The notes below the pieces were generated by a model, which saw only the letters and a program-made list of their open reading frames with translations, did no database searches and was not told the DNA's origin. The translations under genes were made by a program, and so were the position numbers. Shown here piece after piece: positions 1-7,283 of a stretch of 48,981 bases of DNA; positions within the stretch are counted from its first letter, which is position 1, and each line of letters begins with the position of its first letter. The stretch is from Gemmatimonadaceae bacterium (lineage in GTDB: Bacteria > Gemmatimonadota > Gemmatimonadetes > Gemmatimonadales > Gemmatimonadaceae), in NCBI GenBank assembly GCA_051002815.1, contig JBPCLX010000251.1:1-48981 (forward strand). The letters run 5' to 3'.

Positions 1-63
1 TGAGCGGCTGGTACTCAGTAGGTGATCGGGTACCGGCGCCTGAGGTACCGCACATGCAACACG

Positions 64-96
64 AAAAACAAAAAGGCCCCGAGTCTACTCGGGGCC
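64..96 (-). terminator. Rho-independent terminator downstream of rpsT
   Basis: 9-bp GC stem GGCCCCGAG (75-83) / CTCGGGGCC (88-96) with a 4-nt loop. On the minus strand it is followed by TTTTTGTTTTT (64-74). It lies about 25 nt after the rpsT stop. Confidence 0.85.
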
Positions 97-119
97 TTCT
101 TCGTATTGCCGGTGTCGAC

Positions 120-356
120 TCAGGACGCCGCTTTCATCAGCTGCCGCTTCTTTCGCGCGGCTGCATTACGATGAATGAGTCCCTTGCGCGCCGAACGGTC
201 GAGCAGCTGAATTGCCCGCGCCAGATCCGGCGCCGGTGCTTCAGGCGTGGTAGCCCGCTTGAGGGCGCTCCGCAACGCGGAGCGCTGCGCCCGATTCCTG
301 ACGGTGGCGGCGCGTGTCTTCCGCATGTTCTTTTTGGCGGACGCAATATTCGGCAC
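120..356 (-). CDS. rpsT: 30S ribosomal protein S20
   Basis: 78-aa basic protein MPNIASAKKNMRKT...RNRAQRSALRSALK...KGLIHRNAAARKK, the typical S20 N-terminus and length. GGGAG Shine-Dalgarno upstream on the minus strand. Confidence 0.95.
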   Translation of the reverse strand: MPNIASAKKNMRKTRAATVRNRAQRSALRSALKRATTPEAPAPDLARAIQLLDRSARKGLIHRNAAARKKRQLMKAAS

Positions 357-455
357 GGGTACTCCCTGATGTCGCGGTGTTCTCTCGAAAAAACAATCCT
401 GGGCGAATACGAAACGTAGATCTCGCCCGTTTGACTGTCAAGGCGTTGTGTTGCT

Positions 456-1313
456 TTGACTTCGCTGTGGGCGCCCGGTACCTTTCGCCCCGGTCACGCC
501 GCCTTACAGGCGCGCCAACTTCTCTCCTACGCCCGAGCAACGTTGGACCGAGTCTCGGACTTTCTCCTCCTCGTGCCGATCCTGCTCTTCTCGATCGTCG
601 CGCACGAGTACGCACATGGGTACGCCGCCCTGCGCATGGGCGACACGACCGCCCAACGACTCGGCCGCCTCACCTGGAATCCGGTCAAGCATCTCGACCC
701 GTTCCTGTCGCTGCTGCTTCCGCTCGTCACGTTCTTCGGCGGCGGATTCATTCTGGGTGCCGCCAAACCGGTGCCGGTCGATCCGCGCAATTACCGCGAG
801 CTCCGCAAAGGCGACATCATCGTCTCTCTCGCCGGCGTTACGGCGAACCTGGCGATCGCCCTCGCGTGCGTGCCCCTCCTCGCACTGTTGGGGATGCTGT
901 CCCGCTCGATGCCTGACGCGGTAGCGGTATTCGGATCACTGCAGTTCATGCTGCGGGCCGGGCTCTTTCTGAATCTGATCCTCATCGTCTTCAATCTCCT
1001 GCCAATACCTCCCCTCGACGGCTCGCACGTCATGAAATACCTGCTGCCGCCGCGAATCGCCGCCATGTACGTGCGCGTCGGCATGTACGGCATGGCGATT
1101 CTGATGGTGCTGCTCGTTTTCGGCGGACCGGTCCTCAACGCAGTGTTCTGGCCGGCGCGGATGGGCTATGCTTTCCTCATCCCACTCGTCGGACCCCATG
1201 CGCCCCCCGGAGCGGGCTTACGATGTCGATGCGGATTTCCGACACCGATCGCACCGCGTTCGTGGTCGAGCTCGACCACTTTTCCGGCCCGCTCGACCTG
1301 CTTCTCACCCTGA
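456..1313 (+). CDS. Site-2 protease family (peptidase M50) membrane metalloprotease
   Basis: HExxH motif (IVAHEYAHGYAA), the GRLTWNPVKHLDP motif typical of small M50 proteins, a later LPIPPLDG motif, and multiple hydrophobic helices. The start is uncertain (an in-frame TTG at 543 is an alternative). The 3' end overlaps scpA by about 90 nt. Confidence 0.8.
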   Translation: MTSLWAPGTFRPGHAALQARQLLSYARATLDRVSDFLLLVPILLFSIVAHEYAHGYAALRMGDTTAQRLGRLTWNPVKHLDPFLSLLLPLVTFFGGGFILGAAKPVPVDPRNYRELRKGDIIVSLAGVTANLAIALACVPLLALLGMLSRSMPDAVAVFGSLQFMLRAGLFLNLILIVFNLLPIPPLDGSHVMKYLLPPRIAAMYVRVGMYGMAILMVLLVFGGPVLNAVFWPARMGYAFLIPLVGPHAPPGAGLRCRCGFPTPIAPRSWSSSTTFPARSTCFSP

Positions 1314-1960
1314 TCAAGGAAGAACAGGTCGAGATAACCGACATTCCGATCGCGCGCATCGTCGAGCAGTTTTTGTTGCGGATTCATGGATTGGGGCTCG
1401 GCGCCGCGGCAGAGTACCTCGAGATGGCCGCGCGACTGTTGCGCATCAAGGCGCAGATGCTGCTGCCGAGCGGACTCGACCAGGATGGCTGGGAGGATCC
1501 GCGCTCCGAACTCGTCAGGCGACTGCTCGAGTACCAGCAGATGCGCGAGGTAGTGGATCTGCTCGAGCGGCTGGGGGAGGACCGCCGCAACCGGTTCGCC
1601 CGTGGATGGCAGGCGCCGGTACCCCAGGCAGTGGTGGAGTCGCCGCTTGCCCTCTCGCTCCCCGAGCTGCTTGGAGCGGTGGACCGGGTGCTGCGTTCCG
1701 TTCGCGATCCTGGAATGCACGACGTAGTGCCCCGCGCGCTGGACGTGGATAGCGCCATTGCCGCGGTGAGAGCCATCCTGATGCTGCGGTCCCGGGTGCA
1801 GTGGAGCGACGTCGTCATGCATAACGCCGAGCCGTGGCAGATTCTCTCGGCGCTCCTTGCGCTGCTGGAGCTGGCCCGTCGCGGAGAAGTGAAGCTGGCG
1901 CAACCCCGTCCGTTTGCCCAAGTGGAGATCTCGCGTGACGCCGCTAGCGAAGCTGCTTGA
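1223..1960 (+). CDS. scpA: Segregation and condensation protein A
   Basis: N-terminal FSGPLDLLLTLIKEEQVEITDIPIARIVEQF signature of ScpA. 245 aa. Directly followed by scpB. Confidence 0.9.
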   Translation: MSMRISDTDRTAFVVELDHFSGPLDLLLTLIKEEQVEITDIPIARIVEQFLLRIHGLGLGAAAEYLEMAARLLRIKAQMLLPSGLDQDGWEDPRSELVRRLLEYQQMREVVDLLERLGEDRRNRFARGWQAPVPQAVVESPLALSLPELLGAVDRVLRSVRDPGMHDVVPRALDVDSAIAAVRAILMLRSRVQWSDVVMHNAEPWQILSALLALLELARRGEVKLAQPRPFAQVEISRDAASEAA

Positions 1961-2477
1961 AGCCGCGCTGTTCGCCAGCGAACGTCCGATTCCCACCGCC
2001 GAGCTGGCGTCGCTCGACACGGAGGCTTCGCCGGCGGCCGTCGCGATGGCGATAGATGAGCTGCGGGAGCATTACGACGTTGAGGGACACGGTGTGGAGC
2101 TGGTGGATGTCGGCGGTGGGTGGCAGATCCTCACCCGCCCGGAGTTCACCGAGGCCATCGAACGTGCGCAACTGCAGTCCCGGCCGCAGCGGCTGTCAGG
2201 TGCGGCGCTGGAAACGCTCGCGATCATCGCCTATCGACAGCCGATCGGCCGCGCCGAGATGGAGGAGATCCGCGGCGTCAACATCGGCAGTACGCTCAAG
2301 CTGCTCGTCGAGCGGGGGCTGATAGAAATCACCGGGCGTGCCGAGGGACTTGGCCGGCCAATGCTGTACGGCACCACTAACGCGTTTCTCGAACATTTCG
2401 CCCTGCGGCATCTGGAAGAGCTGCCGCACGCCGATGAGCTGGCGATCGCGTTGCGCTCCGATCCCAAGACGGCATAG
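1914..2477 (+). CDS. scpB: Segregation and condensation protein B
   Basis: LLEAALFASERPIPTAELA and AYRQPIGRAEMEEIRGV winged-helix motifs of ScpB. An alternative GTG start at 1935 exists. Overlaps the scpA end. Confidence 0.9.
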   Translation: MPKWRSRVTPLAKLLEAALFASERPIPTAELASLDTEASPAAVAMAIDELREHYDVEGHGVELVDVGGGWQILTRPEFTEAIERAQLQSRPQRLSGAALETLAIIAYRQPIGRAEMEEIRGVNIGSTLKLLVERGLIEITGRAEGLGRPMLYGTTNAFLEHFALRHLEELPHADELAIALRSDPKTA

Positions 2478-2485
2478 CGGCGCGC

Positions 2486-3211
2486 ATGACTTCGATGCGC
2501 GTGCAGCGCGCGCTGGCGCGAGCCGGAGTCGCCTCCCGTCGCAAGGCCGAAGAGCTGGTCGCCGCCGGACGGGTCCTTGTCAACGGCGAATCGGCGCACA
2601 TTGGCCAGGTCGTCGATACGGACACCGATGACATCCAGGTTGACGGCCGGCGGCTTCCGCGTCAGGCACCTCCCGAATGGTGGGTTCTCAACAAGCCCGC
2701 CGGAGTGCTGGTTACGCGAAGCGACCCGCAGGGCCGCCGAACGGTGTTCGATCTGGTAGCCGACCGCCCCGGGCTCACCTACGTCGGTCGGCTCGACTAC
2801 CTCACCGAAGGTGTGTTGCTGCTCACCACCGATGGCGATGCGGCACATGCGTTGACCCACCCCAGCCGTGAGGTCGAGCGCACCTACGTGGCGTCGGTGC
2901 GAGGGCGCGCCGATGAGGCCGCGCGCCGCGCACGTCGCGGCGTGATTCTCGAGGACGGTGAGGTGCACCTGCGCGAGGTGCACGCGGAGCCCGTCGGCGG
3001 GGGGCGCTGGGAGTTCACGATCACACTTGCCGAGGGGCGCAATCGCGAGGTGCGGCGCCTCTGTGAGGCGCTCGATCTGGAAGTCGACAGGCTCGTTCGA
3101 GTCCAGCACGGCCCCGTGCTCCTTGGTGATCTGCCCAGCGGCGAGTCCAGGCGCCTCAGCCGGCGCGAGCGAGACGAGATCGCCGCCATCACGGCGGGCG
3201 TTTCGCTGTAG
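2486..3211 (+). CDS. rluB: RsuA/RluB-family rRNA pseudouridine synthase with N-terminal S4 domain
   Basis: S4 domain MRVQRALARAGVASRRKAEELVAAGRV.VNG, then the catalytic GRLDYLTEGVLLLTTDG motif. The symbol is assigned at family level only. Confidence 0.85.
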   Translation: MTSMRVQRALARAGVASRRKAEELVAAGRVLVNGESAHIGQVVDTDTDDIQVDGRRLPRQAPPEWWVLNKPAGVLVTRSDPQGRRTVFDLVADRPGLTYVGRLDYLTEGVLLLTTDGDAAHALTHPSREVERTYVASVRGRADEAARRARRGVILEDGEVHLREVHAEPVGGGRWEFTITLAEGRNREVRRLCEALDLEVDRLVRVQHGPVLLGDLPSGESRRLSRRERDEIAAITAGVSL

Positions 3212-3288
3212 CTCCGTCGGGCCGCCCGTTGCCCGAGCGGACCGAGGATTGCGGATTCAGCAGCGCCCGGGGCACCATTCCGGGGCAC

Positions 3289-3305
3289 GGGCGCACGCTG
3301 CGCCC
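3289..3305 (+). other. Hairpin in the rluB-moxR spacer (possible weak terminator or leader structure)
   Basis: GGGCGCA-cgc-TGCGCCC: perfect 7-bp stem, 3-nt loop, no T-tract. It is preceded by the direct repeat CCGGGGCAC at 3267-3275 and 3280-3288. Confidence 0.3.
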
Positions 3306-3335
3306 GTAGCGTCGATCCCCATTCCTAGAGCTCCA

Positions 3336-4307
3336 TTGGCTACAAGCACTGTCTCCCCAGACTCCGAACTCATCTCGGGCATACTCGCCCAGGTCGGCCG
3401 CCGGGTGGTCGGTCAGGACTACATGGTGGAGCGACTCCTGATCGGGCTTCTCACCGGTGGTCACGTTCTGCTGGAAGGAGTTCCGGGGCTTGCCAAGACA
3501 CTGACGGTCAAGACGCTCGCTGAAACGATCCACACCACCTTTCAGCGGATCCAGTTCACCCCCGATCTGCTGCCGGCCGACGTGATCGGCACGATGATCT
3601 ACGATCAGTCAACCGGTGAATTTCGCGCCAAGAAGGGGCCGATCTTCGCCAACATCATCCTCGCCGACGAGATCAACCGAGCGCCAGCGAAGGTCCAGGC
3701 GGCACTGCTGGAGGCGATGCAGGAGAAGCAGGTGACGATCGGCGGCACGACGCACGTGCTCGACGAACCTTTCCTCGTGCTGGCGACGCAGAATCCGATC
3801 GAGCAGGAGGGCACCTATCAACTGCCTGAGGCGCAGGTCGATCGGTTCATGCTCAAGCTCAGCGTCGGCTACCCGACGAGAGAGGAGGAGAAGGAGATCA
3901 TGCGGCGAATGGCGGGCGGCCATCCGATAGCCGTTAGCTACTCGGCGACGCCCAAGCAGATCCTCGAAGCGCGGGGACGCATCGCCGAGCTGTACATGGA
4001 CGAGCGGATAGTAGACTACATCGTGGACATAGTGCACGCCACTCGCGCGCCTGACGAGGTGGGGCTCGCCGACATGGTGCCGCTCATCGAGTATGGCGCG
4101 AGCCCGCGGGCAACGATCTTCCTGGCGCAGGCGGCGCGCGCGCACGCGTTCCTCCGCGGACGGTCGTTCGTCACGCCTGACGACGTGAAGGCGATCGCCC
4201 CCGATGTACTGCGCCACCGCGTGCTCACCACGTACGAAGCCGAGGCCGAGGAAGTCACTTCGGACGATCTGGTGAGCCGGATTCTCGGAAAGATCGAGGC
4301 GCCGTGA
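3336..4307 (+). CDS. moxR: MoxR-family AAA+ ATPase
   Basis: VVGQDYMVERLLIGLLTGGHVLLEGVPGLAKT (Walker A), ILADEINRA (Walker B), and LATQNPIEQEGTYQLPEAQVDRF. The tracked ORF runs from 2958 but overlaps rluB. I place the start at the in-frame TTG at 3336 (323 aa); TTG at 3249 is an alternative. Confidence 0.9.
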   Translation: MATSTVSPDSELISGILAQVGRRVVGQDYMVERLLIGLLTGGHVLLEGVPGLAKTLTVKTLAETIHTTFQRIQFTPDLLPADVIGTMIYDQSTGEFRAKKGPIFANIILADEINRAPAKVQAALLEAMQEKQVTIGGTTHVLDEPFLVLATQNPIEQEGTYQLPEAQVDRFMLKLSVGYPTREEEKEIMRRMAGGHPIAVSYSATPKQILEARGRIAELYMDERIVDYIVDIVHATRAPDEVGLADMVPLIEYGASPRATIFLAQAARAHAFLRGRSFVTPDDVKAIAPDVLRHRVLTTYEAEAEEVTSDDLVSRILGKIEAP

Positions 4308-5359
4308 ACGGCGCGGGAATCGGGACGCGGGACGCGGGAGGCGGGACGCGCGCGCCAGGATCCAGGCCCGGTGGGCGCGTAGCGGCCGAGTCCGGGATGC
4401 AAGGAGAGGGGAGCGGTTCTCCGCCGCCCCCCCCCGATTCCCGATTCCCGAGTCCCGAATCCCGACCCAAAACTCCCGTTCCCCCCGAAGTCCTGCGCCA
4501 GGTCCGGCTCCTCGAGCTGCGCACGCGGGGACTCGTGAACTCTCTGTTCAGCGGGGAATACCATTCGGTGTTCAAGGGGCAGGGGATGGAGTTCGCCGAA
4601 GTACGCGAGTATCAGCCTGGAGACGAAGTTCGCTCCATCGACTGGAACGTCACCGCGCGCATGCGGCAGCCTTTCGTCAAACGTTATGTGGAAGAGCGCG
4701 AGCTGACGGTGATGCTGGTGGTCGATCTTTCCGGATCGTCCCGGTTCGGCACGTCGGCGCGATTCAAGAGCGAGCTGGCCACCGAGCTGAGCGCCGTTCT
4801 GGCCATGTCGGCCAGTCGCAACAACGATCGCGTAGGAGCGCTCCTGTTCACCGACCGCGTAGAGCACGTGGTGCCGCCTGGAAAAGGGCGGAAGCACATT
4901 CTGCGGCTCATCCGCGACCTGATGGCGTACGAACCCGCGGGCTTGACGACGAACATTGGCGTCGCGACGGAGTATGTGGGAAGGATGCTCAACCACCGGG
5001 CAATCATCTTCATCCTCAGCGACTTTCAGAGCGGCGACATGGAGCGGCCGATCAAACTGTTGGCGCAGCGGCACGACGTGGTGGCCGTCTCGGTGGAGGA
5101 CCCCCGCGAGCGCACGCTCCCGGATATCGGGCTGGCCCGCTTCGTCGACCCGGAGAGCGGCGAGATGGTGGATGTGGACACCAGTGACGCACAGGTTCGC
5201 TCCGCGTACGAGCAGGCGGTAGGCGAAGACATCGAACGGCGGCGCCGGCTATTCAACCGGCTCGGCATCGATGAGATCGCCATTCGCACCGACACCGGAT
5301 ACGTGGATCCCCTTCTGCGGTTCTTCCGGCTGCGTGAGCAGCGGGGACGGCGCGGATGA
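4304..5359 (+). CDS. DUF58 (vWA-like) protein of the MoxR/Bat operon
   Basis: LELRTRGLVNSLFSGEYHSVFKGQGMEFAEVREYQPGDEVRSIDWNVTAR is the DUF58 signature. The GTG at 4304 overlaps the moxR TGA (GTGA). An ATG at 4397 is an alternative start. The first ~60 codons are low-complexity and encoded by heptad repeats. Confidence 0.85.
   Translation: MNGAGIGTRDAGGGTRAPGSRPGGRVAAESGMQGEGSGSPPPPPDSRFPSPESRPKTPVPPEVLRQVRLLELRTRGLVNSLFSGEYHSVFKGQGMEFAEVREYQPGDEVRSIDWNVTARMRQPFVKRYVEERELTVMLVVDLSGSSRFGTSARFKSELATELSAVLAMSASRNNDRVGALLFTDRVEHVVPPGKGRKHILRLIRDLMAYEPAGLTTNIGVATEYVGRMLNHRAIIFILSDFQSGDMERPIKLLAQRHDVVAVSVEDPRERTLPDIGLARFVDPESGEMVDVDTSDAQVRSAYEQAVGEDIERRRRLFNRLGIDEIAIRTDTGYVDPLLRFFRLREQRGRRG
4311..4468. 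repeat. Inverted pair of 7-nt-periodic G3 / C3 tract arrays
   Basis: GGG occurs at 4313, 4320, 4327, 4334 and 4341 (unit CGGGANN x5). CCC occurs at 4433, 4440, 4447, 4454 and 4461 (unit CCCGANN x5, preceded by a C9 run). The two arrays are reverse complements at about 5 of 7 positions per unit, with an ~85-nt spacer. Confidence 0.8.
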
Positions 5360-6294
5360 TCGTGCTGGCGCTGGCGGCGGCGTTGCAGCAGGGCGCGCCC
5401 GTGCCACAGGAGGCGCGCGTACAGATGGGTGTGACGGTAATGCCGGACACCGTCACAGTCGGCGATCCATACGTCGTGATGGTACGCGTGCGTGCGCCAA
5501 CCGGAACGCGCATCGCCTTCCCGGCGGCCCCCGATACGGGGGGAACGGTGGAAGGAATTGATCCCGTCACTGAGCGGGCAACGGCCGATCCAGATTTCAT
5601 GGATCGCACGGCGATCTATCGCCTGTCGGCGTGGGATACCGGGCAGGTTGCCGTCCAGTTAGGCGAAGTGGAGCTGACCGGTGCGCTGCAGCGAACGCTG
5701 GCCATTCAGGACCCCACCGTGTACGTCCGATCGGTTCTGCCACGGGATACGGCGCTGCAGGTGCCCAAACCGGCGCGCGACATCCTGACGACTCCACGCT
5801 CCCTGTGGTGGCTGGTGCTGCTGGCGCTTGCCGCGGCCGCACTCATCGGGTTGCTGGCCTGGTGGTGGTGGCGTCGCCGGCACCGGCCGCGGCCGGAACT
5901 CGTCGAAGATCCATTCGTCCGCGCCGAGCGCGAATTCGCCGCCCTTGCCGCACTCGGTCTTCCGGAGTCGGGTGAGCCCGGGCGGCACGTGGCACTCGCC
6001 TCCGAAGTGCTTCGCGACTACCTGGCTGGCCGGTTGCCGGATGCGTCCCCGGCGCTGACGACGCGCGAAGTAATGCAGACGCTGGCGCCGCGCCGCGAGC
6101 TCCCGCTAGATGCGTTAGGGCAACTTCTGGTCGAAGCCGACATGGTGAAGTTCGCCCGGCGGCCGGTCACCGTTGCGCGCGCGAGCGCGTACGCCGCCGA
6201 CGCGCAGGCGGCGGTAAGACGGGTGGAGCAGGTGGAGCAGGCGCGCCGCGAAGCCGAGCGTGCACGAGAGGCTGTGGCGCGAAAGGCTGCATGA
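5356..6294 (+). CDS. BatD-family membrane protein, short paralogue (Ig-like N-domain, one TM, helical C-domain)
   Basis: ATGA overlap with the DUF58 gene. Signal-like N-terminus, then a beta-rich VTVMPDTVTVGDPYVVMVRVRAP segment, then the TM WWLVLLALAAAALIGLLAWWWW followed by RRRHRPRP. The C-terminal LRDYLAGRL...EADMVKFARRP resembles the BatD tail. Function unknown. Confidence 0.5.
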   Translation: MIVLALAAALQQGAPVPQEARVQMGVTVMPDTVTVGDPYVVMVRVRAPTGTRIAFPAAPDTGGTVEGIDPVTERATADPDFMDRTAIYRLSAWDTGQVAVQLGEVELTGALQRTLAIQDPTVYVRSVLPRDTALQVPKPARDILTTPRSLWWLVLLALAAAALIGLLAWWWWRRRHRPRPELVEDPFVRAEREFAALAALGLPESGEPGRHVALASEVLRDYLAGRLPDASPALTTREVMQTLAPRRELPLDALGQLLVEADMVKFARRPVTVARASAYAADAQAAVRRVEQVEQARREAERAREAVARKAA

Positions 6295-7283
6295 TGACGA
6301 TCGGATCGCTTTCGTTCGCGGCGTGGTGGATGCTGCCGCTGCTGCTGCTGTTGCCGGTCTGGTGGCTGCTGCGTCGCCGTCGCCGCCCGCCAGCGATCGT
6401 CTTCTCGCGCGCCCATTTGCTGGCGCGAGGGCCGCGTGCCGGCCGCGCCATTACGCGATCGCTGTTCATTCTCCGCAATCTGCTCCTCGCCGCGCTGGTA
6501 CTGGCCCTCGCCCGGCCCCGGTCCGGCGCGCGGGCGGAGAGCATAACGAGCGAGGGGATCAACATCGTGCTGGCGATCGACATTTCCAGCTCGATGCTCG
6601 CCGAAGACTTTCAGCCGCTCAACCGGCTGGAGGTGTCCAAGGACAAGGTGAAGAGCTTCGTCGCCGGACGGCAGAGTGACCGGATCGGAATCGTCGCGTT
6701 CGCCGGCGAGGCGCTGACCCAGGTACCGCTGACGACCGACTATCCGGTCGTCATGGCGTCGGTGGACAACCTGCAGGCCGGGCAGCTGGAGGATGGGACG
6801 GCGATCGGTACCGCGATCGCCACGGCTGCCAACCGCCTGCGCGAGACGCCTGGCGATTCCCGTGTCATGATCCTGCTCACGGACGGTGAGAACAACCGAG
6901 GCTCCATTGATCCGCGCACCGCGGCGCAAGCCGCCGCGGCGTTCGGGGTGCGCATCTATACGATCGGAGCCGGGAGCATGGGCACCGCGCCGGTGCCGGT
7001 CGGACGTGGATTGTTCGGGTTGCGATACGAGAATCGTCCGGTGCGCATCGATGAGCCTCTGCTGCGCGAAGTCGCGCGTCTCACCGGAGGCAGGTACTTC
7101 CGTGCCGTCGACGCCGCCGCGCTCCAGCGCATCTACGAACAGATCGATGTCCTGGAACGGGCACCAGTGCGGGTGCAGCGCTACATCGACTACGCCGAGC
7201 TCTATCGCTGGCCTCTTGGAATCGCGCTACTCGCCCTGATCGGTGAGATCGCGCTGCTTGCATGGCGAGGGCCGCTGCCATGA
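6291..7283 (+). CDS. batA: vWA-domain membrane protein BatA
   Basis: N-terminal TMs, MIDAS motif VLAIDISSSM, and LTDGENN. 330 aa. ATGA overlap with the upstream gene. Confidence 0.85.
   Translation: MMTIGSLSFAAWWMLPLLLLLPVWWLLRRRRRPPAIVFSRAHLLARGPRAGRAITRSLFILRNLLLAALVLALARPRSGARAESITSEGINIVLAIDISSSMLAEDFQPLNRLEVSKDKVKSFVAGRQSDRIGIVAFAGEALTQVPLTTDYPVVMASVDNLQAGQLEDGTAIGTAIATAANRLRETPGDSRVMILLTDGENNRGSIDPRTAAQAAAAFGVRIYTIGAGSMGTAPVPVGRGLFGLRYENRPVRIDEPLLREVARLTGGRYFRAVDAAALQRIYEQIDVLERAPVRVQRYIDYAELYRWPLGIALLALIGEIALLAWRGPLP

Noticed and set aside
1-60. Possible RNA gene or structured element at the window start (GGTACC...GGTACC)
   Set aside because: It has no tRNA-like T-arm or anticodon-arm pattern. 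Two KpnI-type palindromes 9 nt apart are too weak to interpret, and the region is truncated by the window edge.
1166-2020. 284-aa minus-strand ORF opposite scpA
   Set aside because: It is antisense to ScpA, which has a clear signature. No motif or translation signals were seen.
2958-3335. 5' extension of the MoxR ORF (tracked as 449 aa from 2958)
   Set aside because: The extension overlaps the rluB-type gene's 3' third in another frame and encodes Arg/Ser/Ala-rich sequence absent from MoxR proteins. MoxR homologues are about 320-350 aa.
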